Below the pieces are notes generated by a model. The model had not been told where the DNA came from and did no database searches. It saw nothing but the letters and a program-made list of their open reading frames with translations. Shown here one piece after another: positions 42,410 to 57,169 of a stretch of DNA of 64,000 nucleotides; positions within the stretch are counted from its first letter, which is position 1, and each line of letters begins with the position of its first letter. The position numbers were made by a program, and so were the translations under genes. The DNA comes from the human T2T-CHM13v2.0 reference genome, Homo sapiens. Location: assembly GCF_009914755.1 (NCBI RefSeq), contig NC_060933.1, one strand, 5' to 3'.

Positions 42410-43010
42410 TTCCATTGTATTCGGGTTAATTCCATTCCATTCCATTCCATTCCATTCCATTCCATTACAATCGAGTTGATTCCATTCCATTCCATTCCAT
42501 TCCAGTCCTTTCCATTCCATTCCACTCGGGTTGATTCCATTCTATTAGTTTCCATTCCATTCCATTCCCTTCCATTCCACTCTGGTTGATTCCATTCCTT
42601 TCATTCCACTCGAATACATTCCCTCCTATTCCACTTGGAAAGATTCCATTCCATTCCATTCCATTCCACTCCATTCCATTCCATTCCATTCCATTCCATT
42701 CCATTGTATTCGGGTTAATTCCATTCCATTCCATTCCATTCCATTCCATTCCATTCCATTACATTCCATTCCATTACATTACAATCGAGTTGATTCCATT
42801 CCATTCCATTCCATTCCAGTCCTTTCCATTCCATTCCACTCGGGTTGATTCCATTCTATTAGTTTCCATTCCATTCCATTCCCTTCCATTCCACTCTGGT
42901 TGATTCCATTCCTTTCCATTCCACTCGAATACATTCCCTGCTATTCCACTCGGAACGATTCCATTCCATTCCATTCCATTCCATTCCATTCCATTCCATT
43001 CCATTCCATA
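42410..43010 (-). repeat. Local ~290-315 bp tandem duplication
   Basis: TTGTATTCGGGTTAA at ~42415/~42704, TCTATTAGTTTCC at 42541/42855, CTCGAATACATTCCC at ~42609/~42924. Confidence 0.8.
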
Positions 43011-43619
43011 CCATTCCATTCCATTTCATTCCATTGCAATCCATTCCAATCCATTCCATTCCATTCCACTCGAGTTGATTTCATTCCATTCCTTTCCATT
43101 CCATTCCATTCCTTTCCATTCGAGTTGATTCCATTCCATTCCATTCCATTCCATTCCATTCCATTCCATGCCATTCCACTCGGGTTGATTCCATTCCTTT
43201 GCATTCCATTCCATTCCATTCCATTCCATTGCATTCCATTCCATTCCATTCCGTTGCATTCCATTCCATTACATTCCGATTGATTCTATTCAACTCCCTT
43301 ACTCTCCATTACATTCCATTCCATTCGGGTTGTTCCATTCCATTCCATTCCATTCCACTCCATTCCATTGCACTCGGGTTGATTCCATTCCATTCCATTC
43401 CATTCCATTCCATTCCATTCCATTCCGGATGATTCCATTCCATTGCATTCCGTTCCATTACATTCCCCTGCACTCGCGTAGATTCCATTCCATTCCATTC
43501 CATTCCATTCAATTCCATTCCATTACAATTCGTTCCATTCCATTCTATTCCGTACCATTCCATTCCATTCCATACCATTCCATTCCATTCCATTCCATTC
43601 CATTCCATTCCGTTCCATT

Positions 43620-44250
43620 CCGTTCCATTCCATTCCATTCCATTCTATTCGGGTTAATTCCATTCCATTCCATTCCATTCCATTCTATTCCATTCCATTG
43701 CAATCGAGTTGAATCCATTGCATTTCATTCCATTCCATTCCATTCCATTCCGGAAGATTCCATTCCATTGCATTCCATTCCATTCCATTCCCCTGCACTC
43801 GCGTTGATTCCATTCCGTTCCATTCCATTCCATTCCATTGCATTCCGTTCCGTTCCGTTCCGTTCCATTCCATTCCATTCCATTCCATTCCGTTCCGTTC
43901 CATTCCATTCCATTCCATTCCATTCCGTTCCATTCCGTTGCATTCCATTCCATTCCATTCTATTCGGGTTAATTCCATTCCATTCCATTCCATTCCATTC
44001 TATTCCATTCCATTGCAATCGAGTTGAATCCATTGCATTTCATTCCATTCCATTCCATTCCATTCCGGAAGATTCCAATCCATTGCATTCCATTCCATTC
44101 CATTCCCCTGCACTCTCGTTGATTCCATTCCGTTCCATTCCATTCCATTCCATTGCATTCCGTTCCGTTCCGTTCCGTTCCATTCCATTCCATTCCATTC
44201 CATTCCGTTCCGTTCCATTCCATTCCATTCCATTCTATTCGGGTTAATTC
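43620..44250 (-). repeat. Local 315 bp tandem duplication
   Basis: ATTCCGGAAGATTCC at 43747/44062; ORF ends at 43654/43969 and 43685/44000 (offset 315). Confidence 0.82.
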
Positions 44251-47200
44251 CATTCCATTCCATTCGATTGTAATCGTGTTGATTCCATTCCATTCCATTC
44301 CATTCCATTCCATTCCATTCCATTCCATTCCATTACGGATGATTCCTTTCCATTGCATTCCATTCCATTCCATTCCCCTGTACTCGGGTTGATTAAATTC
44401 CATTGCATTCCAATCCATGCCCTTCCACTCGTGTTGATTCCATTCTTTCCATTCCATTCAAGTTCAATCCATTCCATTGCATTCCATTCCATTCAATTCC
44501 ATTCGATTGCACTCGGGTTGATTCCATTCCATTGCATTCCATTCCATTCCATTCCATTCCATTCCATTCCATTCCGTTCCATTCCATTCCATTACATTCG
44601 GATTGATTCTATTCAATTCCCTTACACTCCATTACATTCCATTCCATTCGGGTAGTTTCCATTCCATTCCATTCCATTCAATTCCTCTCCATTCCATTGC
44701 ACTCGGGTTGATTCCATTCCATTGCATTCCATTCCATTCCATTCAATTCCATTCCGTTCCATTCCATTCCATTACATTCGGATTGATTCTATTCATCTCC
44801 CTTAGTTTCCATTACATTCCATTCCATTCGGGTTGTTCCATTCCATTCCATTCCATTCCACTCCATTCCATTGCACTCGGGTTGATTCCATTCCATTCCA
44901 TTCCATTCCATTCCATTCCATTCCATTCCGTTCCATTCCGGAATATTCCATTCCATTGCATTCCATTCCATTCCATTCCCCTGCACTCGCGTTGATTCCA
45001 TTCCATTCCATTCCATTCCATTCCATTCCATTCCTTTCCTTTCCGTTCCATTCCATTCCATTCCATTCCATTCCGTTCCGTTCCGTTCCATTCCATTCCA
45101 TTCCATTCTATTCGGGTTAATTCCATTCCATTCCATTCGATTGCAATCGAGTTGATTCCATTCCATTCCATTCCATTCCATTCCATTCCATTCCATTCCA
45201 TTCCATTCCATTCCTTTCCATTCCATTACGGATGATTCCATTCCATTGCATTCCATTCCATTCCATTCCCCTGTACTCGGGTTGATTCCATTCCATTCCA
45301 TTCCAATCCATGCCATTCCACTCGTGTTGATTCCATTCTTTCCATTCCATTCAAGTTGAATCCATTCCATTGCATTCCATTCCATTCCTCTCCATTCCAT
45401 TGCACTCGGGTTGATTCCATTCCATTCCATTCCATTCCATTCCATTCCATTCCGTTCCATTCCATTCCATTACATTCGGATTGATTCTATTCAACTCCCT
45501 TACTCTCCATTACATTCCATTCCATTCGGGTTGTTCCATTCCATTCCATTCCATTCCACTCCATTCCATTGCACTCGGGTTGATTCCATTCCATTCCATT
45601 CCATTCCTTTCCATTCCATTCCGTTCCGGATGATTCCTTTCCATTGCATTCCGTTCCATTCCATTCCCCTGCACTCGCGTTGATTCCGTTCCATTCCATT
45701 CTATTCCATTCCATTCCCTTCCTTTCCATTCCATTCCATTCCTTTCCATTCTATTCCATTCCGTTCCGTTCCATTCCATTCCATTCCATTCTATTCGGGT
45801 TAATTCCTTTCCATTCCATTCGATTGCAATCGAGTTGATTCCATTCCATTCCATTCCATTCCATTCCATTCCATTCCATTCCTTTCCATTCCATTACGGA
45901 TGATTCCATTCCATTGCATTCCATACCATTCCATTCCCCTATACTCGGGTTGATTCCATTCCATTCCATTCCAATCCATGCCATTCCACTCGTGTTGATT
46001 CCATTCTTTCCATTCCATTCAAGTTGAATCCATTCCATTGTATTCCATTCCATTCGATTCCATTCGATTGCACTCGGGTTGATTCCATTCCATTGCATTC
46101 CATTCCATTCCATTCCATTCCATTCCATTCCATTCCATTCCATTCCGTTCCATTCCATTCCATTACATTCGGATTGATTCTATTCAATTCCCTTACACTC
46201 CATTCCATTCCATTCCATTCCATTCCATTCCGTTCCGTTCCATTCCATTCCATTCCATTCTATTCGGGTTAATTCCATTCCATTCCATTCGATTGCAATC
46301 GTGTTGATTCCATTCCATTCCATTCCATTCCATTCCATTCCATTCCATTCCATTCCTTTCCATTCCATTACGGATGATTCCATTCCATTGCATTCCATTC
46401 CATTCCATTCCCCTGTACTCGGGTTGATTCCATTCCATTGCATTCCAATCCATGCCCTTCCACTCGTGTTGATTCCATTCTTTCCATTCCATTCAAGTTG
46501 AATCCATTCCATTGCATTCCATTCCATTCGATTCCATTCGATTGCACTCGGGTTGATTCCATTCCATTGCATTCCATTCCATTCCATTCCATTCCATTCC
46601 ATTCCGTTCCATTCCATTCCATTACATTCGGATTGATTCTATTCAATTCCCTTACACTTCATTACATTCCATTCCATTCGGGTAGTTTCCATTCCATTCC
46701 ATTCCATTCCTCTCCATTCCATTGCACTCGGGTTGATTCGATTCCATTGCATCCCATTCCATTCCATTCAATTCCATTCAGTTCCATTCCATTCCATTAC
46801 ATTCGCATTGATTCTATTCAACTCCCTTAGTCTCCATTACATTCCATTCCATTCGGGTTGTTCCATTCCATTCCATTCCATTCCACTCCATTCCATTGCA
46901 CTCGGGTTTATTCCATTCCATTCCATTCCATTCCATTCCATTCCATTCCATTCCGGAAGATTTCATTCCGTTGCATTCCATTCCATTCCATTCCCCTGCA
47001 CTCGCGTTGATTCCATTCCATTCCATTCCATTCCATTCCATTCCATTCCATTCCTTTCCGTTCCATACCATTCCATTCCATTCCATTCCATTCCATTCCG
47101 TTCCGTTCCGTTCCATTCCATTCCATTCCATTCTATTCGGGTTAATTCCATTCCATTCCATTCGATTGCAATCGAGTTGATTCCATTCCATTCCATTCCA

Positions 47201-50200
47201 TTCCATTCCATTCCTTTCCATTCCATTACGGATGATTCCATTCCATTGCATTCCATTCCATTCCATTCCCCTGTACTCGGGTTGATTCCATTCCATTCCA
47301 TTCCAATCCATGCCATTCCACTCGTGTTGATTCCGTTCTTTCCATTCCATTCAAGTTGAATCCATTCTATTGCATTCCATTCCATTCCATTCCCCTGCAG
47401 TCGGGTTGATTCCATTCCATTCCATTCCATTCCATTCCAGTCCATTCCATTCCAATCAAGTTGATTCCATTCCATTCCAATCCATTCCATTCCATTCCAT
47501 TCCATTCCACTCCATTCCAGTCCTTTCCATTCCATTCCACTCGGGTTGATTCCAATGTATTCCTTTCCATTCCATTCCATTCCATTGCAATCGAGTTGAT
47601 TCCATTGCTTTGCATTCCATTCCATTCCATTCCATTCCGGATGATTCCATTCCATTGCATTCCATTCCATTCCATTCCCCTGCACTCGGGTTGATTCCAT
47701 TCCTTTCCACTCCATTCCATTCCATTCCATTCCATTCCATTCCATTGTATTCGGGTTAATTCCATTCCATTCCATTCCATTCCATTCCATTCCATTCCAT
47801 TCCATTCCATTCCATTCCATTCCATTCCATTACAATCGAGTTGATTCCATTCCATTCCATTCCATTCCAGTCCGTTCCATTCCATTCCACTCGGGTTGAT
47901 TCCATTCTATTAGTTTCCATTCCATTCCATTCCCTTCCATTCCACTCTGGTTGATTCCATTCCTTTCCATTCCACTCGAATACATTCCCTCCTATTCCAC
48001 TCGGAACGATTCCATTCCATTCCATTCCATTCCATTCCATTCCATTCCATTCCATTCCATTCTATTCCATTTCGTTCCATTCCATTCTATTCCGTATCAT
48101 TCCATTCCATTCCATTCCATTCCATTCCATTCCATTGAAGTCGGGTTGATTCCATTCCATTGCATTCTATTCCATTCCATTCCATTCCATTCCTTTGCAT
48201 TCCATTCCGTTCCGTTCCGTTCCATTCCATTCCATTCCATTCCATTCTATTCGGATTAATTCCATTCCATTCCATTCGATTGCAATCTTATTGATTCCAT
48301 TCCATTCCATTCCATTCCATTCCATTCCATTCCTTTCCATTCCATTACGGATGATTCCATTCCATTGCATTCCATTCCATTCCATTCCCCTGTACTCGGG
48401 TTGATTCCATTCCATTGCATTCGAATCCATGCCCTTCCACTCGTGTTGATTCCATTCTTTCCATTCCATTCAAGTTGAATCCATTCCATTGCATTCCATT
48501 CCATTCGATTCCAATCGATTGCACTCGGGTCGATTCCATTCCATTGCATCCCATTCCATTCCATTCAATTCCATTCCGTTCCTTTCCATTCCATTACATT
48601 CGGATTGATTCTATTCAACTCCCTTAGTCTCCATTACATTCCATTCCATTCGTGTTGTTCCATTCCATTCCATTCCATTCCACTGCATTCCATTGCACTC
48701 GGGTTGATTCCATTCCATTCTATTCCATTCCATTCAATTCCATTCCATTCCGGAAGATTCCATTCCATTGCATTCCATTCCATTCCATTCCCCTGCACTC
48801 GCGTTGATTCCATTCCATTCCATTCCATTCCATTCCATTCCATTCCATTCCATTCCATTCCATTCCTTTCCGTTCCATTCCATTCCATTCCATTCCATTC
48901 CATTCCATTCCGTTCCGTTCCGTTCCGTTCCATTCCATTCCATTCCATTCTATTCGGGTTAATTCCATTCCATTCCATTCGATTGCAATCGAGTTGATTC
49001 CATTCCATTCCATTCCATTCCATTCCATTCCATTCCTTTCCATTCCATTACGGATGATTCCATTCCATTGCATTCCATTCCATTCCATTCCCCTGTACTC
49101 GGGTTGATTCCATTCCATTCCATGACAATCCATGCCATTCCACTCGTGTTCATTCCATTCTTTCCATTCCATTCAAGTTGAATCCATTCCATTGCATTCC
49201 ATTCCTTTCAAATCCCCTGCAGTCGGGTTGATTCCATTCCATTCCATTCCATTCAATTGCATTCCATTCCATTCCACTCCATTCCAGTCCTTTCCATTCC
49301 ATTCCACTCGGGTTGATTCCAATGTATTCCGTTCCATTGCATTCCATTCCATTGCAATCGAGTTGATTCCATTGCTTTGCATTCCATTCCATTCCATTCC
49401 ATTCCGGATGATTCCATTCCATTGCATTCCATTCCATTCCATTCCCCTGCACTCGGGTTGATTCCATTCCGTTCCACTCCATTCCATTCCATTCCATTGT
49501 ATTCGGGTTAATTCCATTCCATTCCATTCCATTCCATTCCATTCCATTACAATCGAGTTGATTCCATTCCATTCCATTCCATTCCAGTCCTTTCCATTCC
49601 ATTCCACTCGGGTTCATTCCATTCTATTAGTTTCCATTCCATTCCATTCCCTTCCATTCCACTCTGGTTGATTCCATTCCTTTCCATTCCACTCGAATAC
49701 ATTCCCTCCTATTCCACTCGGAACGATTCCATTCCATTCCATTCCATTCCATTCCCTTCCATTCCATTTCGTTCCATTCCATTCTGTTCCGTATCATTCC
49801 ATTCCATTCCATTCCATTCCATTCCATTCCATTCCATTCCATTCCATTCCATTGTACTCGGTTTGGTTCTATTCCATTGCATTCCATTCCATTCCATTCC
49901 CCTGTACTCGGGTTGATTCCATTCCATTCCATTCCAATCCGTGCCATTCCACTCGTGTTGATTCCATTCTTTCCATTCCATTCAAGTTGAATCCATTCCA
50001 TTGCATTGCATTCCATTCGATTCCATTCGATTGCACTCGGGTTGATTCCATTCCATTCCATTCCATTCCATTCCATTCCATTCCATTCCATTCCATTCCA
50101 TTCGGATTGATTCTACTCAATTCCCTTACACTCCATTACATTCCATTCCATTCGGTTAGTTTCCATTCCATTCCATTCCATTCCTATCCATTCCATTGCA

Positions 50201-51420
50201 CTCGGGTTGATTCCATTCCATTGCATTCCATTCCATTCCATTCAATTCCATTCCGTTCCATTCCATTCCATTTCATTCGGAATGATTCTATTCAACTCCC
50301 TTACTCTCCATTACATTCCATTCCATTCGGGTTGTTCCATTCCATTCCATTCCATTCCACTCCATTCTATTACACTCGGGTTGATTCCATTCCATTCCAT
50401 TCCATTCCATTCCGGAAGATTCCATTCCATTGCATTCCATTACATTCCATTCCCCTGCACTCGCTTTGATTCCATTCCATTCCATTCCATTCCATTCCAT
50501 TCCATTCCATTCCATTCCTTTCCGTTCCATTCCATTCCATTCCATTCCATTCCATTCCATTCCGTTCCGTTCCGTTCCGTTCCATTCCATTCCATTCCAT
50601 TCCATTCTATTCGGGTTAATTCCATTCCATTCCATTCGAATGCAGTCGAGTTGATTCCATTCCATTCCATTCCGTTCCATTCCATTCCATTCCATTCCAT
50701 TCCTTTATAATCCATTACGGATGATTCCATTCCATTGCATTCCATTCCATTCCATTCCCCTGTACTCGGGTTGATTCCATTCCATTCCATTCCAATCCAT
50801 GCCATTCCACTCGTGTTGATTCCATTCTTTCCATTCCATTCAAGTTGAATCCATTCAATTGCATTGCATTCCATTCCATTCCCCTGCAGTCGGGTTGATT
50901 CCATTCCATTCCATTCCATTCCATTCCATTCCATTCCATTCCATTCCGTTCCGTTCCATTTAATTCCATTCCATTCTATTCGGGTTAATTCCATTCCATT
51001 CCATTCCATTCCATTCCATTCCATTCCATTCCAATCGAGTTGATTCCATTCCATTCCATTCCATTCCATTCCATTCCACTCCATTCCCGTCCTTTCCATT
51101 CCATTCCACTCGGGTTGATTCCAATGTATTCCTTTCCAGTCCATTCCATTCCATTGCAATCGAGTTGATTCCATTGATTTGCATTCCATTCCATTCCATT
51201 CCATTCCGGACGATTCCATTCCATTGCATTCCATTCCATTCCATTCCCCTGCACTCGGGTTGATTCCATTCCATTCCACTCCATTCCGTTCCATTCCATT
51301 CCATTCCATTGTATTTGGGTTAATTCCATTCCATTCCATTCCATTCCATTCCATTCCATTACAATCGAGTTCATTCCATTCCATTCCATTCCATTCCATT
51401 CCAGTCCTTTCCATTCCTTT

Positions 51421-51770
51421 CCACTCAGGTTGATTCCATTCTATTAGTTTCCATTCCATTCCATTCCCTTCCATTCCACTCTGGTGATTCCATTCCTTTC
51501 CAATCCACTCGAATACATTCCCTCCTATTCTACTCGGAACGATTCCATTCCATTCCATTCCATTCCATTCCATTCCATTCCATTCCATTCCTTTCCATTC
51601 CATTCCACTCAGGTTGATTCCATTCTATTAGTTTCCATTCCATTCCATTCCCTTCCATTCCACTCTGGTTGATTCCATTCCTTTCCAATCCACTCGAATA
51701 CATTCCCTCCTATTCTACTCGGAACGATTCCATTCCATTCCATTCCATTCCATTCCATTCCATTCCATTT
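51421..51770 (-). repeat. Local 184 bp tandem duplication with private variants
   Basis: CCACTCAGGTTGATTCCATTCTATTAG at 51421/51605. Both copies share CCAATCCACTCGAATAC and TATTCTACTCGG; the first copy has a 1-bp deletion (CTGGTGATTC). Confidence 0.85.
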
Positions 51771-52559
51771 CTTTCCATTCCATTCTATTCCATACCATTC
51801 CATTCCATTCCATTCCATTCCATTCTATTCCATTCCACTCGTGTTGATTCCATTCCTTTCCATTCCATTCGGATTGAAGCCATTCCATTCCATTCCATTC
51901 CATTCCATTCCTCTCCATTCGATTGCACTCGGGTTGATTCCATTCCATTCCATTCCATTCCATTCCATTCCATTCCATTACATTACATTCCATTCCGTTC
52001 CATTGTACTCGGGTTGATTCCATTCCACTGCATTCCATTCCATTCCATTCCATTCCATTCCTTTCCATTCCATTCCATTACATTCGGATTGATTCTATTC
52101 AACTCCCTTACTCTCCATTACATTCCATTCCATTCGGGATGTTCCATTCCATTCAATTCCATTCCACTCCATTCCATTGCACTCGGGTTGATTCCATTCC
52201 ATTCCATTCCATTCCATTCCATTCCATTCCATTCCGGATGATTCCATTCCATTACATTCCGTTCCATTATATTCCCCTGCACTCGCGTTGATTCCATTCC
52301 AATCCATTCCATTCCACACCATTCCATTCCACTTCATTCCATTCCATTCCATTCCATTCCATTCCGTTCCGTTCCATTCCGTTCCATTCCATTCCATTCT
52401 ATTCGGGTTAATTCCATTCCATTCCATTCCATTCCATTCTATTCCATTCCATTGCAATCGAGTTGAATCCATTGCATTCCATTCCATTCCATTCCATTCC
52501 GGAAGATTCCATTCCATTGCATTCCATTACATTCCATTCCCCTGCACTCGCGTTGATTC

Positions 52560-55500
52560 CATTCCATTGCATTCCATTCCATTCCATTCCATTCCGTTCC
52601 TTTCCGTTCCATTCCATTCCTTTGCATTCCATTCCATTCCGTTCCGTTCCATTCCATTCCATTCCCTTCTATTCGGGTTAATTCCATTCCATTCCTTTCG
52701 ATTGCAATCGAGTTGATTCCATTCCATTCCATTCCATTCCATTCCATTCCATTCCATTCCATTCCATTCCTTTCCATTCCATTCCTTTCCATTCCATTAC
52801 GGATGATTCCATTCCATTGCATTCCATTACATTACATTCCTCTGCACTCGCGTTGATTCCATTCCATTCCATTCCATTCCATTCAATTCCATTCTATTAC
52901 AATTCGTTCCATTCCATTCTATTCCGTACCATTCCATTCCATTCCATACCATTCCATTCCATTCCATTCCATTCCATTCCGTTCCATTCCTTTCCATTCC
53001 ATTCCATTCCATTCGGGTTAATTCCATTCCATTCCATTCCATTCCATTCTATTCCATTCCATTGCAATCGAGTTGAATCCATTGCATTTCATTCCATTCC
53101 ATTCCATTCCATTCCATTCCGGAAGATTCCACTCCATTGCATTCCATTCCATTCCATTCCCCTGCACTCGCGTTGATTCCATTCCATTCCATTCCATTCC
53201 ATTCCATTCCATTCCATTCCGTTCCGTTCCATTCCATTCCATTCCATTCCATTCCATTCCATTCCGTTCCGTTCCATTCCATTCCATTCCATTCTATTCG
53301 GGTTAATTCCATTCCATTCCATTCGATAGCAATCGTGTTGATTCCATTCCATTCCATTCCATTCCATTCCATTCCATTCCTTTCCATTCCATTACGGATG
53401 ATTCCATTCCATTGCATTCCATTCCATTCCATTCCCCTGTACTCGGGTTGATTCCATTCCATTGCATTCCAATCCATGCCCTTCCACTCGTGTTCATTCC
53501 ATTCTTTCCATTCCATTCAAGTTGAATCCATTCCATTGCAATCCATTCCATTCGATTCCATTCGATTGCACTCGGGTTGATTCCATTCCATTGCATTCCA
53601 TTCCATTCCATTCCATTCCATTCCATTCCGTTCCATTCCATTCCATTACATTCGGATTGATTCTATTCAATTCCCTTACACTGCATTACATTCCATTCCA
53701 TTCGGGTAGTTTCCATTCCATTCCATTCCATTCCTCTCCATTCCATTGCACTCGGTTTGATTCCATTCCATTGCATTCCATTCCATTCCATTCAATTCCA
53801 TTCCGTTCCATTCCACTCCATTACATTCGGATTGATTCTATTCAACTCCCTTACTCTCCATTACATTCCATTCCATTCGGGCTGTTCCATTCCAATCCAT
53901 TCCATTCCACTCCATTCCATTTCACTCGGGTTTATTTCATTCCATTCCATTCCATTCCATTTCATTCCGTTCCATTCCGGAAGATTCCATTCCATTGCAT
54001 TCCATTCCATTCCATTCCCCTGCACTCCCGTTGATTCCATTGCATTCCATTCCATTCCATTCCATTCCATTCCATTCCATTCCATTCCATTCCTTTCCGT
54101 TCCATTCCATTCCATTCCATTCCATTCCATTCCATTCCGTTCCATTCCGTTCCATTCCATTCCATTCCATTCTATTCGGGTTAATTCCATTCCATTCCAC
54201 TCGATTGCAATCGAGTTGATTCCATTCCATTCCATTCCATTGCATTGCATTCCATTCCTTTCCATTCCATTCCTTTCCATTCCATTACGGATGATTCTAT
54301 TCCATTGCATTCCATTCCATTCCATTCCCCTGTACTCGGGTTCATTCCATTCCATTCCATTCCAATCCATGCCATTCCACTCGTGTTGATTCCATTCTTT
54401 CCATTCCATTCAAGTTGAATCCATTCCATTGCATTCCATTCCATTCCATTCCCCTGCAGTCGGGTTGATTCCATTCCATTCCATTCCATTCCATTCCATT
54501 CCATTCCGTTACGTTCCGTTCCATTCCATTCCATTCCATTCTATTCGGGTTAATTCCATTCCATTCCATTCCATTCCATTCCATTCCAATCGAGTTGATT
54601 CCATTCCATTCCATTCCATTCCATTCGACTCCATTCCAGTCCTTTCCATTCCATTCGACTCCATTCCAGTCCTTTCTATTCCATTCCACTCGGGTTGATT
54701 CCAATGTATTCCTTTCCATTCCATTCCATTCCATTGCAATCGAGTTGATTCCATTGCTTTGCATTCCATTTCATTCCATTCCATTCCGGATGATTCCATT
54801 CCATTGCATTCCATTCCATTCCATTCCCCTGCACTCGGGTTGATTCCATTCCATTCCACTCCATTCCGTTCCATTCCATTCCATTCCATTACAATCGAGT
54901 TGATTCCATTCCATTCCATTCCATTCCATTCCATTCCACTCCAGTCCTTTCCATTCCATTCCACTCGTGTTGATTCCATTCTATTAGTTTCCATTCCATT
55001 CCATTCCCTTCCATTCCACTCTGGTTGATTCCATTCCTTTCCATTCCACTCGAATACATTCCCTCCTATTCCACTCGGAACGATTCCATTCCATTCCATT
55101 CCATTCCATTCCATTCCATTCCATTCCATTTCGTTCCATTCCATTCTATTCCGTATCATTCCATTCCATTCCATTTCATTCCATTCCATTCCATTCCATT
55201 CCACTCGTGTTGATTCCATTCCTTTCCATTCCATTCGGTTTGAAGGCATTCCATTCCATTCCATTCCATTCCATTCCATTCCATTCCATTCCATTGTACT
55301 CTGGTTGATTGCATTCCATTGCATTCCATTCCATTCCATTCCGTTGCATTCCATTCCATTACTTTCGGATTGATTCTATTCAACTCCCTTACTCTCCATT
55401 ACGTTCCATTCCTTTCGGGTTGTTCCATTCCATTCCATTCCATTCCACTCCATTCCATTGCACTCGGGTTGATTCCATTCCATTCCATTCCATTCCATTC

Positions 55501-57100
55501 CATTCCATTCCGGATGATTCCATTCCATTACATTCCGTTCCATTACATTCCCCTGCACTCGCGTTGATTCCATTCCATTGCATTCCATTCCATTCCATTC
55601 CATTCCGTTCCGTTCCGTTCCATTCCATTCCTTTGCATTCCATTCCATTCCGTTCCGTTCAATTCCATTCCATTCCCTTCTATTCGGGTTAATTCCATTC
55701 CATTCCATTCGATTGCAATCGAGTTGATTCCATTCCATTCCATTCCATTCCATTCCTTTCCATTCCATTCCTTTCCATTCCATTACGGATGATTCCATTC
55801 CATTGCATTCCATTCCATTACATTCCTCTGCACTCGCGTTGATTCCATTCCATTCCATTCCATTCCATTCAATTCCATTCTATTACAATTCGTTCCATTC
55901 CATTCTATTCCGTACCATTCCATTCCATTCCATACCATTCCATTCCATTCCATTCCATTCCATTCCATTCCATTCCGTTCCATTCCGTTCCATTCCATTC
56001 CATTCCATTCGGGTTAATTCCATTCCATTCCATTCCATTCCATTCTATTCCATTCCATTGCAATCGAGTTGAATCCATTGCATTTCATTCCATTCCATTC
56101 CATTCCGGAAGATTCCATTCCATTGCATTCCATTCCATTCCATTCCCCTGCACTCGCGTTGATTCCATTCCATTCCATTCCATTCCATTCCATTCCATTC
56201 CGTTCCGTTCCATTCCATTCCATTCCATTCCATTCCATTCCGTTCCGTTCCATTCCATTCCATTCCATTCTATTCGGGTTAATTCCATTCCATTCCATTC
56301 GATTGCAATCGTGTTGATTTCATTCCATTCCATTCCATTCCATTCCATTCCATTCCATTCCTTTCCATTCCATTACGGATGATTCCATTCCATTGCATTC
56401 CATTCCATTCCATTCCCCTGTACTCGGGTTTATTCCATTCCATTGCATTCCAATCCATGCCATTCCACTCGTGTTGATTCCATTCTTTCCATTCCATTCA
56501 AGTTGAATCCATTCCATTGCAATCCATTCCATTCGATTCCATTCGATTGCACTCGGGTTGATTCCATTCCATTGCATTCCATTCCATTCCATTCCACTCC
56601 ATTCCATTCCATTCCATTCCGTTCCATTCCATTCCATTACATTCGGATTGATTCTATTCAATTCCCTTACACTCCATTACATTCCATTCCATTCGGGTAG
56701 TTTCCATTCCATTCCATTACATTCCTCTCCATTCCATTGCACTCGGGTTGATTCCATTCCATTGCATTCCGTTCCATTCCATTCAATTCCATTCCGTTCC
56801 ATTCCACTCCATTACATTCGGATTGATTCTATTCAACTCCCTTACTCTCCATTACATTCCATTCCATTCGGGCTGTTCCATTCCATTCCATTCCATTCCA
56901 CTCCATTCCATTGCACTCGGGTTTATTCCATTCCATTCCATTCCATTTCATTCCGTTCCATTCCGGAAGATTCCATTCCATTGCATTCCATTCCATTCCA
57001 TTCCCCTGCACTCGCGTTGATTCCATTCCATTCCATTCCATTCCATTCCATTCCATTCCATTCCTTTCCGTTCCATTCCATTCCATTCCATTCCATGCCA
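52560..57100 (-). repeat. ~3.0 kb higher-order repeat (about 1.5 copies), inverted relative of the left-arm 2.9 kb unit
   Basis: ATTCCCTTCTATTCGG at 52661/55672, TCCTCTGCACTCGCG at 52838/55824, CGGGCTGTTCC (reverse complement of GGAACAGCCCG) at 53878/56869. Offsets are 2986-3011. Confidence 0.82.
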
Positions 57101-57169
57101 TTCCATTCCATTCCATTCCATTCCATTCCATTCCATTCCATTCCATTCCATTCCATTCCATTCCGTTCC

